Shown: in pieces, positions 1 through 9,148 of the stretch
Layout of the letters: each line of letters begins with the position of its first letter
Position numbering within the stretch: the first letter of the stretch is position 1
Assembly (NCBI GenBank): GCA_963707915.1
Contig: OY970178.1
Span: 1,536,001 to 1,600,000, forward strand
Reading direction: 5' to 3'
Source of the DNA: Candidatus Eiseniibacteriota bacterium
Lineage (GTDB): Bacteria > Eisenbacteria > RBG-16-71-46
DNA: 64,000 nt
The notes under the pieces: generated by a model
Seen by the model: only the letters and a program-made list of their open reading frames with translations
Databases searched by the model: none
What the model was told of the DNA's origin: nothing
Translations under genes and position numbers: made by a program

Positions 1-393
1 GTGTTCGCCGGCGGCGGCGCCGCGCCGGTGCAGCGGGTCGAGAAGGAGGAGGTCGGCATCAAGCTGCGCATCACGCCGCTCATCAACGCCGACGGCTACA
101 TCACCACGCAGATCACGCCCGAGGTCTCCTCGGTGGTGGGTTACAAGGGGAGCAACAACGACCTGCCGGTGATCGCCACGCGGCAGGCCTCGACCACCGT
201 GCGGCTCAAGGACGGCAACTCGGTCATCATCGGCGGGCTGCTGAGCGAGGAGAAGACCACCGACGTCACCAAGCTGCCCCTGCTCGGCGACATCCCGCTG
301 CTCGGGCTGCTGTTCCAGCACCGCGTCGTCTCGACGACGAAGCGCGACCTGGTGATCGAGGTGACGCCGCATATCATGCCCGAGCAGCAGTAG
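1..393 (+). CDS. Secretin (type II secretion GspD / type IV pilus PilQ family), C-terminal part; 5' end outside window
   Basis: Motifs GIKLRITPLIN, TRQASTTVRLKDG..IIGGL, KLPLLGDIPLLG.LF typical of the secretin C-domain; prepilin peptidase nearby. Confidence 0.9.
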   Translation: MFAGGGAAPVQRVEKEEVGIKLRITPLINADGYITTQITPEVSSVVGYKGSNNDLPVIATRQASTTVRLKDGNSVIIGGLLSEEKTTDVTKLPLLGDIPLLGLLFQHRVVSTTKRDLVIEVTPHIMPEQQ

Positions 394-472
394 CGCTCCG
401 GGCGGCGACGGAGGTCCGGGGGGGGCCGGCCAGGTTCCCCGCCCCGGGCCACGGCCGGGCGCGAGGGGGACG

Positions 473-793
473 CTACAGGCGCGCGAGCAGGGCGACGTGG
501 ATCACGCCGGCCATCCAGCCCAGCCACTGGCCCACCGCCAGGGTCAGCGCCACCAGCACCACGGCCAGGCCGGCGGAGGCGATCACTGGTGAGCTCGCGC
601 GGAGGAAGTGAAGGCGGACGATCAGCAGCGGCACCAGGAGCCCCTTCACCAGCACGAACAGCAACCAGCTCTGATGCGCCAGGCCGGCGAGCAGCGGATT
701 GCCTTCGCGGTTCCCGAGCCAGTGGATCCCGAGGGTGGTCGCCACGAGGTCGAGACTGTTGGCCAGGACGGCCAGGAAGAGGACGATGCGCAT
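473..793 (-). CDS. Small membrane protein, DUF5658-like
   Basis: MRIVLFLAVLANSLDLVATTLG...EGNPLL; hydrophobic helices; ATG at 793 within the 473..2125 frame. Confidence 0.65.
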   Translation of the reverse strand: MRIVLFLAVLANSLDLVATTLGIHWLGNREGNPLLAGLAHQSWLLFVLVKGLLVPLLIVRLHFLRASSPVIASAGLAVVLVALTLAVGQWLGWMAGVIHVALLARL

Positions 794-886
794 GATTCCC
801 ACCCACGATAGGGGGCTCGCGCGGGCTTCGCGCCTCAGCCGTATCCTCCCAGACCGCGCCACCGCCTGCAACAACGGGCGCCCCTC

Positions 887-1678
887 GTGTTGAGCCTCGA
901 TCTCGCCTCCGGCGCGGCGTTCGCCGCCTTCGGACTGATCATGGGCAGCGCGGTCACCGCGATCGCCTGGCGCGTCCCCCGGAACATCTCCTGGGTGCGC
1001 GGACGCTCGTCCTGCCCCCGATGCGGGAAGGCGTTGGGGCCGGCCGACCTGGTGCCCCTGTTCTCGTTCATCTTCGCGCTCGGCCGCTGCCGAAGCTGCC
1101 ATCAGCCCATCTCCTGGCGCTACCCGCTCACCGAGCTCATGTGCGGCGCCTGGTCGGTGCTTCTCTTCCTCCAGCTGGGGTTCGCCTGGGCGTTCCTGCC
1201 GCTCGCCCTCTGGGGCTTCCTGCTCGTCGCGCTGCTGTGGATCGACCTCGACTTCAAGCTGCTGCCCGACGTGCTCACGTACCCGGGCATGCTGCTCGGG
1301 CTGGCGGCGACCCTGCTCCGCTTCGGCGCCGGACCCGGTGCGTGGCACGCGCTGCTCGGGCTGCTCACGGGCAGCGGCGTGCTCTGGCTGCTGGCCTGGG
1401 TGTGGCTGCGCTTCCGCAGGATCGAGGGCATGGGCGGCGGCGACATCAAGCTCGCCGCGATGTTCGGCGTGGTGCTGGGCTGGCAGCTCACGCTGCTGAC
1501 GATGTTCGTAGCCTCGCTCGCCGGCAGCCTGTGGGGGGCGGCGCTGATGGTGAAGGGGCGCGGCGGCATGAAGAGCGAGCTGCCCTTCGGCACGCTGCTC
1601 GCCCCGGCGGCGATGGTCGTGCTGCTGTGGGGCCACGGCTGGATCGCGTCGTACGTCCGGCTCCTCGGCGGACGGTAG
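887..1678 (+). CDS. pilD: Prepilin peptidase (A24, PilD/GspO)
   Basis: RSSCPRC and GRCRSC zinc motifs, IDL..KLLPD and GMGGGDIKL catalytic Asp motifs, LPFG. Confidence 0.93.
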   Translation: MLSLDLASGAAFAAFGLIMGSAVTAIAWRVPRNISWVRGRSSCPRCGKALGPADLVPLFSFIFALGRCRSCHQPISWRYPLTELMCGAWSVLLFLQLGFAWAFLPLALWGFLLVALLWIDLDFKLLPDVLTYPGMLLGLAATLLRFGAGPGAWHALLGLLTGSGVLWLLAWVWLRFRRIEGMGGGDIKLAAMFGVVLGWQLTLLTMFVASLAGSLWGAALMVKGRGGMKSELPFGTLLAPAAMVVLLWGHGWIASYVRLLGGR

Positions 1679-1793
1679 GCGGCCCCTCCCCCCGCTCCCC
1701 GGGAACGTTGACCGCGCCGCGCCCCGATGGAACAATGCCGGGCCGCGAGCCTGCCCGGGTGACCGTCCGGACCGGCTTTCGCCAGGAGGGCTC

Positions 1794-2789
1794 ATGAGCC
1801 GTTCGCGCATCACCGGCCTCGGCCTGCACCTGCCCGAGCGCGTGGTCACCAACGCCGACCTCGAACGGGTCATGGACACGACCGACGCGTGGATCGTCGA
1901 GCGCACCGGCATCCGTGAGCGCCGCTTCGCCGCGCCCGGGGTCGGCACCACCGACCTCGCCGCCGAGGCCGCCCGCCGGGCGCTGGCGGACGCCGGCCGC
2001 GAGGCCGCGGACGTGGACTTCATCGTCTTCGCGACCATCACGCGCGAGCACGCCTTCCCCGGCTGCGGATCGCTCCTGCAGGACCGCCTGGGCATCCCCG
2101 GCATCGGGGCGCTAGACGTGCACAACGCCTGCTCGGGGTTCGTCTACGCGCTCGCCATGGCCGACGCGGTGGTGCGCGCCGGGCAGTACCGCTGCGTGCT
2201 GGTGGTGGGCGCCGAGGTGCTGAGCACCGGGCTGGACTTCTCGACCCGCGGCCGCGATCTCGCGGTGCTCTTCGGCGACGGCGCGGGCGCGGTGGTGGTC
2301 GAGCCGGGCGCCGACGACGGGCCCGGGGTGCTCGCCTGGGCGCTGCACTCCGACGGCTCGCACGCGCAGGACCTGGTGTGCGAGGCGCCGACCTCGCTGG
2401 CGCAGGGGCGGGTCACGCCGGAGATGCTCGCCGAGGGCCGGCAGTACCCGCGGATGAACGGCCGCCAGGTCTTCAAGCACGCCACCACGCGCTTCCCCGA
2501 GGTGATCCGCGAGGTGCTCGGCCGTTGCGGGCACACGCTCGACGAGGTCCGGCTCATCGTGCCCCACCAGGCCAACCAGCGCATCGGCGACGCCGTGGCC
2601 GAGCGGCTGGGCGTGCCCCCGCAGAAGCTGTTCCAGAACATCCAGGACCGCGGCAACACCACCGCCGCGAGCATCCCCATCGCGCTCGCCGAGGCGCGCG
2701 ACCAGGGCCGTTTCGGCCCCGGCGACCTGGTCGTGCTCGCCGCCTTCGGCAGCGGCTTCACCTGGGGCGCCGTCGCGCTGCGCTGGTGA
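1794..2789 (+). CDS. fabH: 3-oxoacyl-ACP synthase III
   Basis: NACSGFVYAL (Cys), PHQANQRI (His), GNTTAASIP (Asn), FGDGAGA, FGSGFTWG; GGAGG SD. Confidence 0.93.
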   Translation: MSRSRITGLGLHLPERVVTNADLERVMDTTDAWIVERTGIRERRFAAPGVGTTDLAAEAARRALADAGREAADVDFIVFATITREHAFPGCGSLLQDRLGIPGIGALDVHNACSGFVYALAMADAVVRAGQYRCVLVVGAEVLSTGLDFSTRGRDLAVLFGDGAGAVVVEPGADDGPGVLAWALHSDGSHAQDLVCEAPTSLAQGRVTPEMLAEGRQYPRMNGRQVFKHATTRFPEVIREVLGRCGHTLDEVRLIVPHQANQRIGDAVAERLGVPPQKLFQNIQDRGNTTAASIPIALAEARDQGRFGPGDLVVLAAFGSGFTWGAVALRW

Positions 2790-2826
2790 CGTCCCTCCCA
2801 TCCCTCATCCCCGAGAGGCCCATCCC

Positions 2827-4155
2827 ATGAAGTCCCCGAGCTGCGCCGCTCCACCCGCCGCCCGCACCCCGCGACCCCGCCGCGCCGGGCCGCTCGCCGC
2901 CCGGTGGCTGATCTGCGCCGTCGCGGCGGCCACGCAACTCGGCGCCGCCGTCGCGGCCGAGCCCCCCATCGGCCTGGTCGAGACCCGTCCGGTCGAGACC
3001 GCGCTCGGCAACCCCACGCTGCCCTCGGCGCTCGGCACCTGGACCAAGCTCTTCGAGGGCGCGCGGCGCACCATCGACATCGAGCAGTTCTACCTCTCGA
3101 CCTGGCCGCACGAGTCCATGGACGACGTGCTGCGGACCCTGGGCGACGCGACGAAGCGCGGCGTGCGCGTGCGCCTGCTGCTCGACGCCGGCATGATCCG
3201 CACCTACCCGCGCGCCGCCGACTCGCTGGCGAAGCTGCCCGGCTTCGCGGTGCGGCTGGTGGACTACCGGCGCATCGCGGGGGGCGTGCAGCACTCGAAG
3301 TTCTTCCTGGTGGACGGCGAGACCGCCTTCCTCGGCAGCCAGAACTTCGACTGGCGCGCGCTCAAGCACATCCACGAGCTGGGCGTGCGCATCCGCGACC
3401 CGCGCGTGGCGGCCGACTTCCAGCGGGTCTTCGAGATGGACTGGGACATGGGCACGCCCGTCGGCCAGGCCCCGGACACCACCCGCGTGGCGCTCGCCGT
3501 GCAGGTCCCGCACGCGCCCGGCACGCTGCCCTACCGCATCGCGCAGGCGCCGGGCGACACCGTGCTGCTCTGGCCCTCGTGGAGCCCGCGGCGCTTCGTC
3601 CCCGACACCACCCTGTGGGACCAGGACATGATCGTGCGCACGCTCGACGGGGCGAAGCACGAGATCGTGCTCCAGCTGCTCTCCTACTCGCTCGGCGACC
3701 GGCGGCTGCGCGACGAGACGCTCGACCAGGCCCTGCGGCGCGCCGCCGCCCGCGGCACGAAGGTGAAGCTGATCGTCTCGGACTGGGAGACCGGCTCCTC
3801 GGGGCTCAAGGCGATGCAGGCGCTCACCCGCGTGCCCGGCATCGAGGTGCGGATGTCCACGGTGCCCGAGTGGAGCGGCGGCTACATCCCCTTCGGCCGC
3901 GTCGAGCACTGCAAGTACGTGGTCGCGGACACGCTCTGGACCTGGGTGGGAACGAGCAACTGGTCGCCCGACTACTTCCACTCCAGCCGCAACATCGCGG
4001 TGACCATGAAGAACCGCCAGATCGCCCGCGATGCGCGCGAGATCTTCGAGACCAGCTGGCGGACGGTGGCCGTCCCGCTGGCCCCGGACTCGACCTACAC
4101 GCCCAAGGTCCGCGGCGAGGATCCGCCGCCGGGACGGGTCAAGTACGGAGGCTAG
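2827..4155 (+). CDS. Phospholipase D family protein (two HKD motifs), probably exported
   Basis: HSKFFLVDG and HCKYVVAD, GSQNFDW / GTSNWS; N-terminal signal-like hydrophobic stretch. Confidence 0.88.
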   Translation: MKSPSCAAPPAARTPRPRRAGPLAARWLICAVAAATQLGAAVAAEPPIGLVETRPVETALGNPTLPSALGTWTKLFEGARRTIDIEQFYLSTWPHESMDDVLRTLGDATKRGVRVRLLLDAGMIRTYPRAADSLAKLPGFAVRLVDYRRIAGGVQHSKFFLVDGETAFLGSQNFDWRALKHIHELGVRIRDPRVAADFQRVFEMDWDMGTPVGQAPDTTRVALAVQVPHAPGTLPYRIAQAPGDTVLLWPSWSPRRFVPDTTLWDQDMIVRTLDGAKHEIVLQLLSYSLGDRRLRDETLDQALRRAAARGTKVKLIVSDWETGSSGLKAMQALTRVPGIEVRMSTVPEWSGGYIPFGRVEHCKYVVADTLWTWVGTSNWSPDYFHSSRNIAVTMKNRQIARDAREIFETSWRTVAVPLAPDSTYTPKVRGEDPPPGRVKYGG

Positions 4156-4185
4156 CCTGGACGGCTCACGAATCGTCCAGGCTAG
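4152..4185. terminator. Hairpin between convergent PLD and Flp genes (possible bidirectional terminator)
   Basis: Perfect 12-bp inverted repeat CTAGCCTGGACG (4152-4163) / CGTCCAGGCTAG (4174-4185), 10-nt loop; no U-tract. Confidence 0.5.
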
Positions 4186-4355
4186 GCACCCAGCGCGGCG
4201 ACGACCCGGGCCATCACGCCCCGCAGGGCTTCGTGGAGGCCGCCGTGGGCCATCAACACGATGAAGATCGCGGCGGCGAAGGCGGCGAGCAGGCCGTACT
4301 CGATCAGGTCCTCGCCCTGCTGGTCCCGGACCAGGCTGCGGATGAGATGCTTCAT
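4182..4355 (-). CDS. flp: Flp/Fap (type IVb/Tad) pilin
   Basis: MKHLIRSLVRDQQG/EDLIEYGLLAAFAA: G cleavage site plus EY motif and hydrophobic helix; GAGGAG SD upstream. Confidence 0.85.
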   Translation of the reverse strand: MKHLIRSLVRDQQGEDLIEYGLLAAFAAAIFIVLMAHGGLHEALRGVMARVVAALGA

Positions 4356-4517
4356 GGGGTCTGGCGCTCCTCGCAGAGGTGGCATCCCGGCGTCACGCCG
4401 GTGTGAGCGTGTCGTACGGCCGGCGCAGGCGGCCCGCCGTACGACACGTCCCGGCCGGCCCCCGCGTTCGCTCCCTTCGCGAGTCCGGCAGCCGGGCACA
4501 CGGGCCACCGGGGAACA

Positions 4518-4533
4518 CGCAAGCGGCGGGCCA
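4518..4533 (-). promoter_or_regulatory. Putative sigma-54 (-24/-12) promoter for flp
   Basis: Minus strand TGGCCCGCCGCTTGCG = GG-N10-GC, close to TGGCAC-N5-TTGC consensus, ~160 nt upstream of the flp start. Confidence 0.5.
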
Positions 4534-4790
4534 GCCGCGCCCGGTCCCGGCCGCCCGGTTGCAACCCGGGACGCCCGAACCACCTGACGCGGTGCGGCCC
4601 GCCGGCGTCCGCGACGAGCCGCGGCGGCAGGATTGCAGAGCGCGATCCGGGCGACGCGGCACGCGCCAGGATGCGGGCGATCCGGCCCGGCGGTCCTCCC
4701 GCGGAGCCGGCGCAACGGCGGGCGCCGTCCGCGCTATACTGCCGCCCGGTCGTCGCCCGCGCTTCCCATCCCTGGCCCGGAATCCTTCCC

Positions 4791-5177
4791 ATGCTGCTGA
4801 ACGTCCCGACGTCGCCCGGTGAGTTCCTCGACAAGCTCACGATCCTCGAGATCAAGTCTGAGCGCATCGCCGACGCCGCGAAGCTGGCGAACGTGCGAAG
4901 GGAACTGGAGCAGTTCCGCGCCGCCTGGGCCGGCTCGCCGCTGGCCGGGCGGGACGTGTCGCGGCTGCTCGCCGATCTCAAGGCGGTCAACGTGACGCTG
5001 TGGGAGATCGAGGACGGGATCCGTCGCCACGAGGCCGAGCGGCGCTTCGACGAGGCGTTCGTCGAGCTGGCCCGCGCGGTCTACCGGAACAACGACCGGC
5101 GCGCGGCGCTCAAGCGCGAACTCAACCTCGCGCTGGGCTCCGACCTGCTCGAGGAGAAGTCCTACACCGCCTACTGA
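4791..5177 (+). CDS. DUF6165-family protein
   Basis: MLLNVPTSPGEFLDKLTILEIK...LWEIED.IR...ELARAVY..ND.RA...EEKSY. Confidence 0.8.
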   Translation: MLLNVPTSPGEFLDKLTILEIKSERIADAAKLANVRRELEQFRAAWAGSPLAGRDVSRLLADLKAVNVTLWEIEDGIRRHEAERRFDEAFVELARAVYRNNDRRAALKRELNLALGSDLLEEKSYTAY

Positions 5178-5211
5178 GCCGCGGCCCGTCGGGGAGGCCC
5201 CGCCGCTCCGC

Positions 5212-6774
5212 TCAGGCGCCGGAGGAGCGCAGGCGGGCGACCAGGGCGGCAGCCAGCACGCGCGTGTCCCGCCAGCCGACGGCGGTGAGCAGCGAACCGG
5301 CCAGGCAGAGCACGCCGCCCACCACCCCCGCGATCAGGACCGACGCCAGCGACTGCGAGAAGTAGGGCTTGAGGAAGTAGAGGAGCAGGAGCGCGGGCGC
5401 CCCGCCCGCCAGCGCGGCCGGCAGCGTGAGCAGCGTGGCCTGCATCGACGGCAGCGCCGTCTCGGAGCGATTCAGCAGCGGCCGCAGCAGCAGGTTCTTG
5501 GCCAGCAGCGCGGCGGTGTTGCCGAGCGCGAAGCCCAGCAACCCGAGATGGAAGTGCAGGGCCAGGACCAGGCTCAGCACGGGGTTGGCCACGGCCACGC
5601 TGATGTCGCTCAGGGCGATCCAGCCGATCCTCCCCCGCGCGACCAGGGTCATCCAGATCGGCTCCAGCGTGATGGCGACCAGCGTCGGCGCCAGCATGGC
5701 GATCATGTAGACGGCGCTGCCGCGGTACTCGGGGCCGACCCAGCGCGCGAGGAAGACGTCCCCGATCACGCAAGGCACGAGGCAGAGCGGCACGCCCAGC
5801 GCGGAGCTGAATCCCACCGCGCGCAGCACCACCCGCCGGGTCCGGTCCACCTCGCCCCGGGCGTCCATCTGGGTCAGGAGCGGGGCCAGGGCCGAGACGC
5901 CGGCGTAGAGGAAGCCGGAGATGAGCGGCGCCCAGCGCGTGCCGAGCGAGTACTCGGTGACCTGGGCGGGACCGTAGATGCGCCCGATCAGCAGATTGTC
6001 CGTGGCCAGGTAGAGGATGCCCGCCGCCTGCGAGACCAGGCCCAGGCTGGCGAACTGGAAGAGCGACTTGCGCAGCGCCGGCGAGCCGAAATCCGGCCGC
6101 GGGAAGACCGCGACGACGATCCGCTTCCTCGCGCTCCAGATGCCGAGGGTGACGGCCACGACCAGTTCGGCGACGCAGACCGTCACCCCGTACAGGGTGA
6201 GGCTCGGCACGAAGACCAGGAACGCCGGGACCACGAGCGCGATCTTGAGCAGCGCGCCGCAGGCGCGCACCAGGGACACCGAGGCGGTGTGGCCGGTGAC
6301 GTAGATCGGCATCTCGAGGATGCCGCCCGTGTCGCTCAGCCCCGCGGCGACGAAGACCAGGATCATGCCGCCGGTGGCGTCCGCGACGAGGCTGGTCGGG
6401 ACCCGCATGAACAGGCAGAGGCCGTGCGCCAGGGCCACGCCGGTCAGCACGACCACGGTGCGCAGGACGGCGGTCCACCAGAAACCGGCGGAGTAATAGC
6501 GCTCCGCCAGCTCGCGGTCCCCCGCGTGGTAGTGGACCGTCACGTAGCGCCGCATCGCGCTGCCGAGCCCCCCGCGCAGCAGCCAGAGGTACTCGAGCAG
6601 GGCGCCGGCGGCCGCGGCGATGCCGTAGAGCTCCCGGCCCAGCCGGTGGAGGACGAACGGCGTCAGGACGATGCCGACGGCCAGCGTCAGGAACCGCGCA
6701 GCCAGGCTGGCGGCGGCATTCAGCGCCGCGACTCCGGTCAGGCCGTGGGACCGCTTCGCCACCGGCTCGCTCAC
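5212..6774 (-). CDS. Polysaccharide/oligosaccharide flippase (Wzx/MOP superfamily)
   Basis: Many TM helices, TPFVLHRLGRELYG, TDNLLIG..YGP.QV..Y; GTG start at 6774 is an estimate. Confidence 0.8.
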   Translation of the reverse strand: MSEPVAKRSHGLTGVAALNAAASLAARFLTLAVGIVLTPFVLHRLGRELYGIAAAAGALLEYLWLLRGGLGSAMRRYVTVHYHAGDRELAERYYSAGFWWTAVLRTVVVLTGVALAHGLCLFMRVPTSLVADATGGMILVFVAAGLSDTGGILEMPIYVTGHTASVSLVRACGALLKIALVVPAFLVFVPSLTLYGVTVCVAELVVAVTLGIWSARKRIVVAVFPRPDFGSPALRKSLFQFASLGLVSQAAGILYLATDNLLIGRIYGPAQVTEYSLGTRWAPLISGFLYAGVSALAPLLTQMDARGEVDRTRRVVLRAVGFSSALGVPLCLVPCVIGDVFLARWVGPEYRGSAVYMIAMLAPTLVAITLEPIWMTLVARGRIGWIALSDISVAVANPVLSLVLALHFHLGLLGFALGNTAALLAKNLLLRPLLNRSETALPSMQATLLTLPAALAGGAPALLLLYFLKPYFSQSLASVLIAGVVGGVLCLAGSLLTAVGWRDTRVLAAALVARLRSSGA

Positions 6775-6820
6775 GACGTCACCCGGTTCGCCGAGCCGGC
6801 CGCTTCGGGCCGCACCGGCC

Positions 6821-7957
6821 TCACGGGCGGGCCGGCCCGGCGCCGGCCCCCGTCCCCGACGCGTAGGGCAACAGCGGCGCATCGGAGTGATTGTAGGTGA
6901 TGTGCAGCGCGGCGGACCGGTCCCAGGCGCCCTTCGGCCAGACGTGGATCGGGACGTCGTAGCCGATGGGCCCGAAGTGGTTGGCGAGCAGCGCCGACTG
7001 CAGGACCGGGCAGCTGGCCCGGGCGTGGATCAGCAGCGGCCGGTCGGCCATGAGCTCCGTGGCGGCTTCCGACACCATCCAGGTGTAGAGGGCGACGTCG
7101 GGCCGCGGGGCGAACAGCTCGACGATGCCCGCCTCGAGCCCATGGTCCCCGATGTAGGTGCGGGTCATCACCCAGCCGCGCAGGCGCCCCTCGACGAGGA
7201 ACGTCAGGAAGCGGTACGTCCCGCTCCAGCGGCCGTCCGTCATCCAGCGGAGGACCTCGGCGTCGGGCTCCTGCACGAAGCCGTAGCCCGTCTCGTCCTG
7301 GTAGAGCCGGCCGATCTCGTCTCCCGGCATCTCGACGCGCTCCACCCGGCCGGTCGCGGGGACCTCGCGCCGCCGGGGCGCGTGGTAGCCCGCCACGACC
7401 AGGTCGAGCGCCCGGCGGGGGAGCACGGAGTGCAGCCCCATGCGGCGCTCGAGGCGTTCCGCCAGGATGTCGCCCGACACCGGCAACTCGTACTTCCTGG
7501 CCATGCCGATCGGCTCCCACTTCATCATGGGCAGCGTCGCGAGCACGTCCCCCGTCCCGCCGACCGAGACCACGGTCTCGGGCTGCCGCATCATGGCCCG
7601 CATCAGGCGGATCCCGATCCCGGAGCCGCGCAGTCCCGGCAGGCAGTGCCAGTCGAAGACCTCCAGGCACGCGACGGACCGGCCGCCGACCCGGTACCGC
7701 TTGCGCAGCGCGAACAGCATGCCGAGGCAGTCGTCGTCCTGCATCGCCACGAACATCCGGCTGTGCGGCTGCGACTGCAGGTAGCGCCAGTCGTAGTAGG
7801 CCTCGGTCCGCGGGCGGGACCAGTAACGCTCGCCGAAGCCGCGCACCGCGGGCAGCAGGTCCGGGGCGAACGGCACGACCCGGGCCGGCCGCTCCCGGTC
7901 CATCGGCACCGCGTCGCGGCCCTCGACGCGCGGGGTCTTCTCCTCGGGCTCGTTCAC
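6821..7957 (-). CDS. GNAT-fold acyltransferase
   Basis: YYDWRY, DWHCLPGLRGSGIGIRLM acetyl-CoA binding motif. Confidence 0.7.
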   Translation of the reverse strand: MNEPEEKTPRVEGRDAVPMDRERPARVVPFAPDLLPAVRGFGERYWSRPRTEAYYDWRYLQSQPHSRMFVAMQDDDCLGMLFALRKRYRVGGRSVACLEVFDWHCLPGLRGSGIGIRLMRAMMRQPETVVSVGGTGDVLATLPMMKWEPIGMARKYELPVSGDILAERLERRMGLHSVLPRRALDLVVAGYHAPRRREVPATGRVERVEMPGDEIGRLYQDETGYGFVQEPDAEVLRWMTDGRWSGTYRFLTFLVEGRLRGWVMTRTYIGDHGLEAGIVELFAPRPDVALYTWMVSEAATELMADRPLLIHARASCPVLQSALLANHFGPIGYDVPIHVWPKGAWDRSAALHITYNHSDAPLLPYASGTGAGAGPARP

Positions 7958-8003
7958 GGCTGCACCGCGGTCCGCGGGCGCCCGGCAGGCCCCGCGAGCC
8001 CTC

Positions 8004-8855
8004 TCACTTCGGCCCGGGGAGCCGCGCGAGGAACACCAGCAGCTCCTCCGCCACCCGGCGCCGGCCCGGCCCGTTGAGGTGCGAGCCGTCCGTCGTGTAG
8101 GCCGGGACCAGCGCGTAGCCGCTGCGGTTCCCGAGGCGGATGGTCTCGCGGCTGCCGTCCGGGCGGGTGGACTCGATGGCGGCGAGGTCGAACAGCGGCT
8201 CCGTGCCGCGGTAGGCGCCGCGCATCAGGTCGTTGAAGCGCTCCCGCGCGAGGTTGGCGCCGTAGCGGCCCGGGTCCCGCCCGAGCAGCCGCTTGAGCGC
8301 CGCCCGCGGCCCGGACCCCACCCGCACCAGCGGGGTCGTCACGTGCACGAAGACGACCCCGGGGAACTGGGCACGCAGGTCCGCCATCGTCCTCCGGTAC
8401 TTCTCGAACACGGCCGCGACATCGGTCTTCTCGGTGATGTCCACGTAGCAGTACTTGTGGAACGCCACGTCGACCTTGCCGCGGAGCGGGCCTTCGAGCC
8501 GCCGGGCGAAGTCGTCGGTTTTGCCCCCGGGATCGCCGTTCCGGCCGACCGTCCCGTGCGCGAAGACCCCGCCGCCGCCGTCCAGCGCGCCCTCGCCTGA
8601 GGCCACGCGCAGCCCGATGCGCGGCTCGTCACGGAGGACGTCGGCCACGCCGTCCATGATGTTGGCGCCGACCGACTGGTGGCCGAAGAACACGCGTTTC
8701 CCGGCCAGGCTCTGCCAGGCCGTATCGGGCACCTCGCCGAGCGATGCCCGGCGCACGGATCCCTGTTTCACGGCTCCACCTCGACATGCTCCCGTCAGCA
8801 GCGCTGCAGAGAGCAGCAAGAGACCCACCCAGCGCGTCGCAGCCGGCTTCGCCAT
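8004..8855 (-). CDS. Putative lipoprotein, SGNH-hydrolase-like
   Basis: Lipobox LTGAC; FFGHQSVG, KYCYVD, TDGSHLN motifs. Confidence 0.65.
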   Translation of the reverse strand: MAKPAATRWVGLLLLSAALLTGACRGGAVKQGSVRRASLGEVPDTAWQSLAGKRVFFGHQSVGANIMDGVADVLRDEPRIGLRVASGEGALDGGGGVFAHGTVGRNGDPGGKTDDFARRLEGPLRGKVDVAFHKYCYVDITEKTDVAAVFEKYRRTMADLRAQFPGVVFVHVTTPLVRVGSGPRAALKRLLGRDPGRYGANLARERFNDLMRGAYRGTEPLFDLAAIESTRPDGSRETIRLGNRSGYALVPAYTTDGSHLNGPGRRRVAEELLVFLARLPGPK

Positions 8856-8871
8856 GCCCGTTCGCCTCCCG

Positions 8872-9141
8872 CTACGCCCGATCGCTTCCGGTCACGCGAC
8901 CCCGCGCTTCCGCTCCACGAACGCCGGCGATCCGGACGATGGAGTCCAGGTTCGCCGGCACGATCTCGTCGTCCTCGACCTGCACGGCGAACGCCTGCTC
9001 GAGGAAACCGATGATCTCGAGCACGCCGGTGGAATCTACCACGCCCAGGTCCAGCAAGGACGCATCGTCGGTCAGGCGGGCGGCATCCGAGACGAAGAAG
9101 TTGCTGGTGATGAATTCGCGAACGCGCTGCTTGGTCTCCAT
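8872..9141 (-). CDS. Acyl carrier protein (3' end may be frameshifted)
   Basis: LLDLGVVDSTGVLE phosphopantetheine Ser motif, NLDSI. Confidence 0.88.
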   Translation of the reverse strand: METKQRVREFITSNFFVSDAARLTDDASLLDLGVVDSTGVLEIIGFLEQAFAVQVEDDEIVPANLDSIVRIAGVRGAEARGRVTGSDRA

Positions 9142-9148
9142 CGGCTGG

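Noticed and set aside
2827..4155. PLD as the missing DISARM DrmC
   Set aside because: Lies outside the element, has host-like codon use and a signal-like N-terminus
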